Shown one piece after another: positions 47,736 to 56,737 of a DNA stretch of 56,737 nucleotides. Origin of the DNA: a virus. Lineage: Duplodnaviria; Caudoviricetes. Under the pieces are notes generated by a model that saw only the letters and a program-made list of their open reading frames with translations, had not been told where the DNA came from and ran no database searches. The number at the start of each line of letters is the position of its first letter. Position 1 is the first letter of the stretch. Location of the stretch: the IMG/VR virus record IMGVR_UViG_3300013099_000004, positions 1-56,737 of that record. One strand, given 5' to 3'. The position numbers and the translations under genes were made by a program.

Positions 47736-48119
47736 ATGTCAACTACATATGACCACTTATTTACATACGTTATAAAAGGTAAGTACTTATATCTTTATGA
47801 GATAGATGAATACAATAATTTTGTACCACCAACAGTAGATATTACTGACGGCTTGAAGATAGAATACTTATCTAACGAAGATGTATTTATTGATACTAAC
47901 GGCAATCCAGTAAGCTCACCTGATGAAGATAGTATACTAAATATTAATGACGCATACATAGAATCCTTAGTAGAATACATTAAGTCTAAGCTTACTGACG
48001 ACGTTAACTTAAAAGAGTATTATAAAAGAAATACTGAGACTGAGCTTGCTGAAGCTAATAGCGCTACTAAAGCTTCGCCTAAGCGAGTAATTTCAGTATA
48101 TCCATATGCAATACGATAG
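47736..48119 (+). CDS. virion neck/tail protein
   Basis: ITDGLKIEY, LVEYIKSKL...EYY. Confidence 0.65.
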   Translation: MSTTYDHLFTYVIKGKYLYLYEIDEYNNFVPPTVDITDGLKIEYLSNEDVFIDTNGNPVSSPDEDSILNINDAYIESLVEYIKSKLTDDVNLKEYYKRNTETELAEANSATKASPKRVISVYPYAIR

Positions 48120-48127
48120 GAGGTAAT

Positions 48128-48430
48128 ATGAAATTATGGAGTGTATACAGTACTACAACTGCTACAGTAGCTGCTGATAGTAATAAACGTCATGCAATAC
48201 ACACAGCTACATTTTTAAGTGATACAGCAGGTGATTGTACTATAGCTACTTCTTCCGCTACTTTATGGAAGGGAAAAGTTGAAGCTAATGTAACATTGCA
48301 TGTAACATTTCCAGGCGGTACGTTACGCACACCTCCTGGTGAAAGCGTAACTGCTTTTTTGGGGGCTGGAACTACTAAATATATCACATTGACAGGAACT
48401 ACATACAGTAGTATTGAAGGTACTGATTAA
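48128..48430 (+). CDS. small beta-sandwich virion protein
   Basis: AGGAGG RBS; Thr-rich, FPGG.L. Confidence 0.65.
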   Translation: MKLWSVYSTTTATVAADSNKRHAIHTATFLSDTAGDCTIATSSATLWKGKVEANVTLHVTFPGGTLRTPPGESVTAFLGAGTTKYITLTGTTYSSIEGTD

Positions 48431-48433
48431 AAT

Positions 48434-48664
48434 ATGGAGGTAATCATGGCTTGGAAAGAGGCTGCTAACTTTATAGCTGCACCTGTTGTTGCTGCTGCAC
48501 TTGGCGTTTATCACAAATATATTGTATCACCTACACAGAATAGAGTATATAGACTTATTGACGATATGGGTAGCCTCAAACAGGACATGATTGAGGTTAA
48601 AACAGATATTAAATGGATAGTCCGTGCAATGAAGAATAACGGCTATAAGGAGGAGCAAAAATGA
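48434..48664 (+). CDS. putative holin/antiholin (1 TM + coiled coil)
   Basis: TM followed by IEVKTDIKWI. Confidence 0.55.
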   Translation: MEVIMAWKEAANFIAAPVVAAALGVYHKYIVSPTQNRVYRLIDDMGSLKQDMIEVKTDIKWIVRAMKNNGYKEEQK

Positions 48665-48846
48665 AAGTAGTAGGCTCACGTAAACTTATTATGTGTGTAT
48701 TAGGCCTCTCAGTATTCTTAATAATATCATTAAGTACTAAGAGGGTTAACTATTTATCATTAGGCAGTGGTATATTAATGGTTATTGGTCCTGCCGTGAT
48801 AGCCAATTTTGGTGAATATTTATACTCATTAAGGAAGAAGCTATGA
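48661..48846 (+). CDS. putative holin (2 TM)
   Basis: SRKL N-terminus, two TM segments, basic C-terminus. Confidence 0.6.
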   Translation: MKVVGSRKLIMCVLGLSVFLIISLSTKRVNYLSLGSGILMVIGPAVIANFGEYLYSLRKKL

Positions 48847-49205
48847 GCCGTATAATAACTATACTTATAATAGGTATCTTAATAGGATTTATACTTGCTG
48901 AGTATCTTATTAACCCAGAGCCTATAATAGCTAGTAAACCTGTTATAGTTAATAAGGTTATAGCACGTATAGATACTGTATATGTATATAAGGATAAACC
49001 TGCTATAGTAGCTTCAGCAGATACCATGCTAGGCCGTTGGGGCTTATTGCATGCTAAATATTACTTTCCTCCCAATAATTACTTCAACTTTAGGTTTGAC
49101 CCTAACCCTAACGCATGTAAACTAAGGTGGTATCAAACAAGGACCTTCGGGTTTATAACAGGTGTAGCTACTACAGCTTTAATAATAGGACTTGCTAAAC
49201 GATGA
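48843..49205 (+). CDS. putative spanin-like protein
   Basis: N-terminal TM, IDTVYVY, C-terminal WYQ..FGFITGV hydrophobic helix. Confidence 0.5.
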   Translation: MSRIITILIIGILIGFILAEYLINPEPIIASKPVIVNKVIARIDTVYVYKDKPAIVASADTMLGRWGLLHAKYYFPPNNYFNFRFDPNPNACKLRWYQTRTFGFITGVATTALIIGLAKR

Positions 49206-49258
49206 TAACTGCCGTATATTATAATACCCCTTCTCTGTTCGCTCTCCTGTCTCCTCCA

Positions 49259-49309
49259 GCGTGCCGATTGGGCTTATCTCGGTCGGCACGCCCTTCCTCT
49301 ATAGGAGGG
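49259..49309 (+). promoter_or_regulatory. GC hairpin plus SD-sequestering hairpin
   Basis: GCGTGCCGA/TCGGCACGC; CCTTCCT-CTAT-AGGAGGG. Confidence 0.5.
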
Positions 49310-49313
49310 TATC

Positions 49314-52025
49314 ATGCCTAAACAGAGCAAAGTATATAAAGACTTCTATGGTGGCAGATGTACTGGTATCGAAAAAGCCAAACTCCCTGATAGCTGTTTA
49401 GCAGATATGTTTAATACAATGGTTAAATCTGATGGTACTATTGATGTAATGTATCAACTTAAAACACATAGTACATTTACTGACGATATATCATCATATA
49501 GTTCAGATGTAGATAACAATGGCGGTTTATATATATTTAACCATAATAGGAACATAATAGATGATAGGCTTACTATATCATCTATTTCAAGTAGTAGCGG
49601 TACTGTATATAATACGTCAACTGCACACGGACTTAGTGTTGGTGATATAGTATTCCATGCTGGGTTTACTGTAAATGCCCATAACGGCAAAAAGACTATA
49701 ACTAGTGTGCCTTCGTCTACATCATATAAGACAGGTGATACCAATACAACTGCTGATAGCGGATATGCATACAAACTAAGTGGTTTAGACCCAGTAGATG
49801 GGGTTGACTTACTATTTGCGGATTCAAATAATAAAATACATCTTCTTGACATTGAGAATAATACCGTGCTTAAAGATTTTATTGATATAGGGTACTCTAC
49901 TGCAACAGATACAGGAATAAGATATTATACTGCTAATAATACATTGTATGTTAGCAGTTTTAATGCACAATCTTCTATCAGTGGTGCTAAGTATAAACAT
50001 ACATATATACATAATACTATCTGTGGTGTTGATACACATGATGCTTGGTATTTAGTAAATGCTGCAACAATACAACCTGAGTATTCTGTTATAAGTTCAT
50101 ACCCATCATCGTTTTCTTACAGATACCACGACACAGTTGATACAGGAAGTAGTACTACTACTAAATTAGTATCCTCCGAATTAGAAGATTACGGTATTGG
50201 GAGTTCTCCTACTGAAACATATCATATATTTTATAAAGACTATGATGGATATGGTATTGTGAGTAACGACGGATTTGTCGATATTGTTTCCCAAGGTGCG
50301 TCACCTTACTCTATAACAACTAACACATTATCTATCAATTGGAACACAGTTAAGCAGTATCTAGTATTACCCCCTGCTGGAAAAGGTATAGGAGTAAACA
50401 TATATAGTACTGGGGGCAGTGTTTATGACAAAGATGGTACGTGGGATATAGGTTACTACGAATTTGCAACTACATTTGTGTATGTTGATGGACACGAATC
50501 TTTACCGTGTAGAATACCGGGTGGTAACAAGATAGAGGTTACAGCATCTAATGATGTATTAGCCGTACTTATTACAGCATCATTACCTTATAGGGATGAT
50601 ATAGTTGGTAGTAGAGTATATTATAGGTCATTTAATACATCTGATGAGTGGAAACTATTTGTAGATATTGATTTTGCTAAAGGCTACAGACTTACAACTT
50701 ATGACGAATTTTCAGGTGGTTGGCATAGTATCGGAACATCAGGTAGTGATGACTTCGCTGAATTACTTACAGATAGTATTTATGATACAGCAGATAGATT
50801 AATACCAGTATATGACCCCTCACCAGAAACATATCGTAGTATTAATGGCTACCTACAAGACGAAAATTCAATAGATATTTACTATAATACAGTTACTACA
50901 GGTGAAGGGCGTGCATGGTTTGGTGACGTTATAACAAAAGATGATAATGGCAATCTTGTAAGATATAATGACAGACTGATGTATAGTCCTGTAGGCAAAT
51001 ACTGTATAGCTCCATCATCGTATTACGTAGATATAGTACCATCTGATGGTAAGGCTATTACAGCAGTACAATACTATGAAGGCAAAATACTTGTATTTAA
51101 AGGGGTTAACATATATGTAATTGACGTATCTCAAGGTAACCCAGCTAACTGGTATATTGAACAACAATTTAACTGTGGTGGGGATAACTTAATAAAAGAC
51201 AATAACATAGTAGTTACTGATGCCGGGGTTGTTTGGGCTTGTAATACTGGGTGCTTTATATACAGTAATGGGAACATATCTAACTTACTTTATAAGCGGT
51301 TTGGTACTGAGGGCGGAGGTAATATAACCGTAAATACACAGGCAGACTGGGAGACATATGTAGCTGCTCCCACATGTAGAGTAGGTTATGACCGTAATAG
51401 CAGACAAATTATTGTAGTAGGCTCATATCTTACTAGTACTTCTAATGGAGCTATTACATACGTTTACAATGTAGATACTGGTACATGGAGCAGGGGGGAC
51501 ACTACATATGCTAACCCAGATATTACAAGTACCGACAAGATTACTAACTTTGTTACTACAGAGAATAGCTTGCTTACTGTGTATAGCAACAATAATGCCT
51601 CAGATGGTATATACTTAAAAACATGGGAATATGACACTTTAAATAGGTACAGAGATACTTATGTATATACTAAGATGGATGACTTTGGATTTCCTGGTAG
51701 AATTAAGCACATATATGGTATAGCAGTTAAGTATAAGGCTGGTAACTGGACATTAGAAGGAGATGATATAACACACAGCTTACGCTATAGGACCATAGAC
51801 AGCGATGGAAACCTCGGCTCTTGGCAAGTATTAGCATTTACATTACACAACACAAGTTCTTATCGATATGATATATATAAGTTTTCGGGTACTGATATAT
51901 TGTCAGCTCAAGCACTACAAGTAGCAGTTAATGTTACTGCTAACCCTAATACTGCATATTACTATAGTATAGCCGAAATTAAGATTATATATAGGCCTAT
52001 CCTTAAACGAGCGCCAACTGATTAG
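49314..52025 (+). CDS. tail nozzle/stabilization protein (P22 gp10/T7 gp12-like beta-propeller)
   Basis: DFYGG, GHESLP, RLMYS, DGKAITA..YEGKILVFK, TKMDDFGFPG.IK; insert AHGLSVGD. Confidence 0.8.
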   Translation: MPKQSKVYKDFYGGRCTGIEKAKLPDSCLADMFNTMVKSDGTIDVMYQLKTHSTFTDDISSYSSDVDNNGGLYIFNHNRNIIDDRLTISSISSSSGTVYNTSTAHGLSVGDIVFHAGFTVNAHNGKKTITSVPSSTSYKTGDTNTTADSGYAYKLSGLDPVDGVDLLFADSNNKIHLLDIENNTVLKDFIDIGYSTATDTGIRYYTANNTLYVSSFNAQSSISGAKYKHTYIHNTICGVDTHDAWYLVNAATIQPEYSVISSYPSSFSYRYHDTVDTGSSTTTKLVSSELEDYGIGSSPTETYHIFYKDYDGYGIVSNDGFVDIVSQGASPYSITTNTLSINWNTVKQYLVLPPAGKGIGVNIYSTGGSVYDKDGTWDIGYYEFATTFVYVDGHESLPCRIPGGNKIEVTASNDVLAVLITASLPYRDDIVGSRVYYRSFNTSDEWKLFVDIDFAKGYRLTTYDEFSGGWHSIGTSGSDDFAELLTDSIYDTADRLIPVYDPSPETYRSINGYLQDENSIDIYYNTVTTGEGRAWFGDVITKDDNGNLVRYNDRLMYSPVGKYCIAPSSYYVDIVPSDGKAITAVQYYEGKILVFKGVNIYVIDVSQGNPANWYIEQQFNCGGDNLIKDNNIVVTDAGVVWACNTGCFIYSNGNISNLLYKRFGTEGGGNITVNTQADWETYVAAPTCRVGYDRNSRQIIVVGSYLTSTSNGAITYVYNVDTGTWSRGDTTYANPDITSTDKITNFVTTENSLLTVYSNNNASDGIYLKTWEYDTLNRYRDTYVYTKMDDFGFPGRIKHIYGIAVKYKAGNWTLEGDDITHSLRYRTIDSDGNLGSWQVLAFTLHNTSSYRYDIYKFSGTDILSAQALQVAVNVTANPNTAYYYSIAEIKIIYRPILKRAPTD

Positions 52026-52044
52026 ACATATAGGAGTTATAAAT

Positions 52045-52266
52045 ATGACACTATATTCAGACACAATGCATAATGCACAACAGTTGATGACTAAAAGGCT
52101 TAGACGTACGAAGCAAGATAATATTGTTATAAGTGATTCTCCTCCACATAACAAGGATTTAGGAGAGGGTGGAATGATATTAGCATTTGACAGCGGGGAC
52201 TTATATATGTATATTAAGGTAAAGGGCGTGATATATAGGAGCAACGCCTTTATGAAAATAAAATAG
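52045..52266 (+). CDS. small virion protein
   Basis: PHNKDLGEG...MYIKVKG. Confidence 0.65.
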   Translation: MTLYSDTMHNAQQLMTKRLRRTKQDNIVISDSPPHNKDLGEGGMILAFDSGDLYMYIKVKGVIYRSNAFMKIK

Positions 52267-52276
52267 GAGTAATACT

Positions 52277-52798
52277 ATGGCTTCAGCATCAGCATATAAC
52301 AAGTTAAGTACTGCTTACGCTAGTTACTCTAAACTACGTCGTGATACTAGTAAAGAGCTATCTACACGTATTGCAGACATAAAGCGTAAGATTAAAGAGG
52401 ATGAGGAGAGATTTAAAGAGTTACAGTTAATGGCTGTAGCGGGGGTTGCTTTAGCTTCAGTAGCTTCAGCACGTGCTGAACGTAGTAAGGATTATGTTGC
52501 CGGACTTGAAAATATTGGTGCAGGCGACGAAGCTAAACTAAGTATATTAGATAAGCTCGGTATTACATCTGCTGTGCCTAAAAACAATACTATTATTAAT
52601 GATATTAGACTTACTGGCGATATAGTACGTGAGGGTGCACCATCAAGTATGCGTATGGCTTCAATACAACCAGTATACAGTGTTAATACTGGATTAGTAA
52701 GGTCATACGGCCGAGCACTACGACAAAATAATCCACTATCATCTATACTCAGGGAACAAGTATTTAGAACAGCTAATCCATTAGACCAATATAAATAA
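52277..52798 (+). CDS. putative ejection protein
   Basis: Helical, Ala-rich hydrophobic segment; position. Confidence 0.55.
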   Translation: MASASAYNKLSTAYASYSKLRRDTSKELSTRIADIKRKIKEDEERFKELQLMAVAGVALASVASARAERSKDYVAGLENIGAGDEAKLSILDKLGITSAVPKNNTIINDIRLTGDIVREGAPSSMRMASIQPVYSVNTGLVRSYGRALRQNNPLSSILREQVFRTANPLDQYK

Positions 52799-52810
52799 GA
52801 GGATATAATA

Positions 52811-53470
52811 ATGGGACTTAGTTTAAATTATACAGCCTCTACCGCAGTTACTGGTAACCCATATATAATAGGTGCTGCATTTGTAGCTGACATAGTTACA
52901 TCTATATTAGGTGATAGGGCTAAAGCAAAGAGAGAACGTCAATTACAACAGTCCTATATGGATGCTTTCAAGTCTTTGTTTGGCGCTGAGAAACCATTAG
53001 AGGAAATGTATTCTGCACGTAAAGATATTATATCAAGTCAACGTACTAGCACTCTATCACAACTTGTAGAAAGTACAGGTTATAGTATGTATGATACGCT
53101 AAGCGCTATAAGTAACCGTTCTGGTGTTGGTGGCTTCGCTGATTCTGGTATTACAAGAGTAATGCGTGAAGATGCAGCAGAGCGTCTTGGTGCTGAATAC
53201 ATGTATAACAGAGGCAGCATGATAGACCGGTTTAATGAGCAGATTTTAAGTGCTTCACAGGAGTACCAGGATAGACTTAGTGAGTTAGCTGCACAGAGGG
53301 CAAAGCTACAAGCTCAATATGTAGCTGCTGGCGGAAACGCTGATGCCTTTGACAAAGAAATGGAGCGGTATAATTATGAACAAAGTACATTACATAATGC
53401 AACTAATATAAGTATAGATACATTGGATTATGGATTTAGCATCGATAACTACAAGTTTAGGATTATGTAA
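52811..53470 (+). CDS. putative ejection/pilot protein
   Basis: GNPYIIGAAF hydrophobic N-terminus, GGFADSG, coiled coil. Confidence 0.6.
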   Translation: MGLSLNYTASTAVTGNPYIIGAAFVADIVTSILGDRAKAKRERQLQQSYMDAFKSLFGAEKPLEEMYSARKDIISSQRTSTLSQLVESTGYSMYDTLSAISNRSGVGGFADSGITRVMREDAAERLGAEYMYNRGSMIDRFNEQILSASQEYQDRLSELAAQRAKLQAQYVAAGGNADAFDKEMERYNYEQSTLHNATNISIDTLDYGFSIDNYKFRIM

Positions 53471-53487
53471 CATATAAGGAGTATATT

Positions 53488-54744
53488 ATGGCTTTAGGAG
53501 CAGCAGCACACGCAGCAGAAGTAATGCAAGCTATAGCTGAGATAGGCAAAATAAGTAATAGAGCTGCTGATATAAAAGATGAAAGAGCATTTCAGACAGC
53601 TCTCACGATATATACACAGCAAGCCGAATCTAAAAGGCGGGCATATGAAATGCAGCTTGCTAATGCCTTAAATGAGTATAACAGTATACAAGCTCAAAAG
53701 CGTGAAGCTTTAAAGTCTTTAAGCCGTATTGGCTTAATGGATAAGGCTAAAGGCTTACTTGAAACTACTACTACTGACTTTAATACTATACTCAATAATG
53801 AAGTAAATAAGCATGAGCTTAAGCTTGATACCCTAGCTGAGCAGGAATCATTTTATAAAGGTAAGATAGACGCAGTATCACAGCTTATAAGTAGTGAAGA
53901 AGCTAAACTTAATAAAGCTTTTAGTATATACAATAGGTATAGTAAAGGTACTACAAGTCCATTACTCGGTGAAGCTTTAAAGATTGCAGAAGCTGATAAG
54001 GACTTTAATATGAATGCCCAAGAGGCTGACGCTATACGTAAAATGCTTGAAGGTAGAGAATATTCAGAAGAGGCAATACAAGGTGTATTTGACAAGTTAC
54101 CTGAATTACTGCAACAAGATAGAGCTACAAGTCTTGAAGAGCGTAAACTTGATATTTATAGTGCAGATGTGGCTTCAAAGACTAGGTCTAATGAGTTAGT
54201 TGCATTTGACAATATGCGTAAATTGGCTTATACCATGTTGGAGGCTAAGCTCCATACCATAGATGGCGAAGACCCAAAAGCTGTAGCTGGTGCATATAAA
54301 GAATGGTATGACTGGACCAATGAGCTATATAAGCAGTATGGCTATTCTGGTATTCCTAGCGGATTAATTAATATACCCCCTCCTGAAGAAGTAGCTAAGA
54401 AGCCTGGGCTTATTAAGCGTGTAGTTGAAACATTGTTTGATAAAGAACGTTTGTATGGTAACCTACCTGAGTACCCCAATCCGCTTGTAAGAAGTACTGC
54501 ACCTAGTGCTGGCGGAGGTGGAGCTGGTTATACTAAACAGCCGAAAACTACTACTACTAAACGTAGCAAGCCTACATCTAATAAAAAGACTACTACTAAG
54601 AAAACTACTGCTAAAAAGACAGCTACACCAACTAAGGCTTCTGCACCTAGTAATACAGCTAACAGTATCAAGCAATTCTTAGCAGGAGCGGGAATCAGGT
54701 ATTCAAGAAACAAGCATAGCAGAAATGAGTGGAATACATTTTAA
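53488..54744 (+). CDS. putative ejection protein with K/T/A-rich C-terminal tail
   Basis: Coiled coil followed by KTTTTKRSKPTSNKKTTTKKTTAKKTATPTK. Confidence 0.6.
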   Translation: MALGAAAHAAEVMQAIAEIGKISNRAADIKDERAFQTALTIYTQQAESKRRAYEMQLANALNEYNSIQAQKREALKSLSRIGLMDKAKGLLETTTTDFNTILNNEVNKHELKLDTLAEQESFYKGKIDAVSQLISSEEAKLNKAFSIYNRYSKGTTSPLLGEALKIAEADKDFNMNAQEADAIRKMLEGREYSEEAIQGVFDKLPELLQQDRATSLEERKLDIYSADVASKTRSNELVAFDNMRKLAYTMLEAKLHTIDGEDPKAVAGAYKEWYDWTNELYKQYGYSGIPSGLINIPPPEEVAKKPGLIKRVVETLFDKERLYGNLPEYPNPLVRSTAPSAGGGGAGYTKQPKTTTTKRSKPTSNKKTTTKKTTAKKTATPTKASAPSNTANSIKQFLAGAGIRYSRNKHSRNEWNTF

Positions 54745-56737
54745 TGGCTTACAATGATAACATGATAAACCCTAATAAGTTATTAGACCATGCAGTAGCT
54801 GGTTATGATTACTATCATAGGCGATATGCTCCAGATAGGTCATTATTCACTGATGCATTTAACACTATTGCGTCAGGTGGTTTAGACTCAATTGAAATGG
54901 TAGCGAAAGCTTTAACAGCAGCAGGTATCCCAGCTGATGGTGTTGTAAGCTCTATACGTAAATACAAAGCATCAGTAAGCTGGGATGACCCTTCTAGAAA
55001 GTATTACGAAGATGGTGCAAGGCGCACTATAATGGATATATTAAGGTCAACAGCACAGAGTCTTGGTACTAGAAGCCTTGGTATAATAGCTGGTGGGGCT
55101 ATTGGGTTAGCCACTGGCGGTCCGGCAGGTATGATAGCAGGCGCTGCTGTAGGAGCTACTATTACAGGTGGTCCTATCTATGGCTTATCTACTTATTACG
55201 ACTTTATGGAAGACGCACGTAATCATGGTATTCCAGATAGTACAGTACGTAATGATGCTATTCTAGCTGCTGTAAGTGAAGGCGGGTTAGAAATGGCTTC
55301 AGACCTTATATTTGGTAGACTTATGGGCTTATTCGGCTCTGGTAAAGAAGCCACTAAATCGTTCATGAAATCACTTGCAGAAAAGACTACAGTAGGTCAA
55401 TTTACTAAAAAGTTTATGGTATCATATCTTAAGACCGCTGCTGAAGAGATCCCTACCGAACTAGCCCAAGATTATTTTAGCTATCATATCAGGAAGAATG
55501 CAGGATTACCTGTACCTCCGGACCTTGAAGAATCATTAAAGAATACTGCAATAGTTACGGCCGGTACATCAGCATTGTTTGCTCTTGGTGGTCTTGGTGG
55601 TTCAGAACTTCGTAAACGATACTTAAAGGCTAAACTAGATGCAGCTACCTTGTTAACGGAAATACAAAGTAATAATCCTGACTTCGATATAAACGATATT
55701 AACAAGATAGAACTTACTGAAGAGCAAGTAAATAAGGCCAGAGAAATTAATGATACCATGATGCTCGGTTATGATGAGTATATGAAATACATGGAGGATA
55801 TCGAGAAAGGAAGAAGAACCTTAGCTGATATGGTTGCTATAGCTAGTAGGTTTGGGCCTGTAATATTGTGGAATACAGATAAAACATTACGTAATCAAGA
55901 AGGAAGAGCAGTATTAGGCTCTGCATTTAAAGGGAGGGGGACTGTAGGAATACCGCACCCACTTATAATAGGGCATGAATTAGGACACCACCTCATATAC
56001 CATAACTTTATTAACTATAAAGGATTAGGGATACCTAAAAGCGAAATAATAGCTATAAGTAAGTTACACAGACGTAATGTATATAAGGCTAAGTACCCAA
56101 ACCTTAGCGATAAAGACCTTGATAAGGCTGTTGAAGAAGAAGCCTACAATGGCCAGAACGACTGGAAGTATGTAAAAGAGGGCTTAAGCGACTTTGTAGG
56201 ATTGTATTTATATAACCCTGATATAGTACGCAAATTAGCGCCTAGGGCATCTAGCTTAATAGGGGAACAAATAGACAGGATAACAAGAGACCCACAAGAT
56301 ACAGCTGAGGTTACTGCTCTACTTACTGCCTATAGTTCATTACAACATAAAACATATAGTAAATTTATGCAAGCCGATAAGCAAGGTAAAATTACTACTG
56401 ATAATATGGCTGTTCCTGATGTTGGCCCTGAAGCTTTAATGAATGACACAGCTACTGAGTTTGAAGATGTAATGAATATCTTAAAGAACGAGTACAATGT
56501 AGCTGACGACGCAACTGCTGGCTTTATGACTAACATAATATTAAGACGTGGCGGCTTACCAGAAGAACCTACTGCACGTAACAGATACATAGAACTGGTG
56601 AAGTGGTCAACAGATACAGCATTTAAGACTAAGGTCAAAGGTATAACTAATTTATTTAACCCATGGGTGTCAACACGTTACGGCTTTGCAGACCTTGAAG
56701 CTAAAACTGGTGTTGCAGGATTACATAAAACTGCTAA
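54744..56737 (+). CDS. 5' part of a ~1441-aa internal virion/ejection protein with a zincin (HExxH) domain; continues at 1..2455
   Basis: ATG at 54744 overlaps the upstream TAA (TAATG). The frame is open to the contig end and in frame with ORF 53..2455. Gly-rich hydrophobic stretch GIIAGGAIGLATGGPAGMIAGAAVG; GHELGHH at ~55971-55991. Absent from the ORF track because it has no stop in the window. Confidence 0.88.
   Translation, partial: MAYNDNMINPNKLLDHAVAGYDYYHRRYAPDRSLFTDAFNTIASGGLDSIEMVAKALTAAGIPADGVVSSIRKYKASVSWDDPSRKYYEDGARRTIMDILRSTAQSLGTRSLGIIAGGAIGLATGGPAGMIAGAAVGATITGGPIYGLSTYYDFMEDARNHGIPDSTVRNDAILAAVSEGGLEMASDLIFGRLMGLFGSGKEATKSFMKSLAEKTTVGQFTKKFMVSYLKTAAEEIPTELAQDYFSYHIRKNAGLPVPPDLEESLKNTAIVTAGTSALFALGGLGGSELRKRYLKAKLDAATLLTEIQSNNPDFDINDINKIELTEEQVNKAREINDTMMLGYDEYMKYMEDIEKGRRTLADMVAIASRFGPVILWNTDKTLRNQEGRAVLGSAFKGRGTVGIPHPLIIGHELGHHLIYHNFINYKGLGIPKSEIIAISKLHRRNVYKAKYPNLSDKDLDKAVEEEAYNGQNDWKYVKEGLSDFVGLYLYNPDIVRKLAPRASSLIGEQIDRITRDPQDTAEVTALLTAYSSLQHKTYSKFMQADKQGKITTDNMAVPDVGPEALMNDTATEFEDVMNILKNEYNVADDATAGFMTNIILRRGGLPEEPTARNRYIELVKWSTDTAFKTKVKGITNLFNPWVSTRYGFADLEAKTGVAGLHKTA
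56615..56737. repeat. Terminal direct repeat (circular-assembly overlap), copy 2
   Basis: Exact match to 1-123. Confidence 0.97.

Noticed and set aside
1-56737. Lysogeny module, introns or inteins
   Set aside because: No integrase, repressor or ParA recognised; pol, terL and helicase are of normal length and uninterrupted

Overview
Apparently complete circular genome of an uncultured tailed dsDNA phage, podovirus-like with a P22/T7-type virion module. It is 56,614 bp after removing a 123-bp end overlap (1-123 = 56615-56737). There are two divergent arms. The minus arm (~28.9 kb to 2.45 kb) carries many small early genes, a D5/P4-type helicase, a beta-clamp-like protein, an adenine MTase, a metallophosphoesterase, a TGAC-iteron origin, an SSB/Cas4-like/Sak4-like/ERCC4 recombination module, a UDG-fused family A DNA polymerase, a secreted FN3 protein and a GH24 endolysin. 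The plus arm (29.5 kb to 2.45 kb, across the junction) carries terminase, portal, scaffold, capsid, neck, tail and lysis genes, ejection proteins, and a ~1441-aa HExxH-containing protein split by the contig ends. No integrase, repressor, RT or CRISPR array was seen. Most notable: (1) a 1332-aa neck protein whose Pro-rich arm (115-aa repeat) and Pro-free helical arm (227-aa repeat) are co-duplicated at ~1:2, predicting a ~110-nm antigen I/II-like alpha/PPII hairpin stalk; (2) two ncRNAs sharing the same 9-bp terminal stem, one of them tRNA-like; (3) a consensus sigma54 promoter at the head of the early arm; (4) SD-sequestering RNA structures at the capsid and tail genes. All assignments come from motif recognition by eye; no searches were run.
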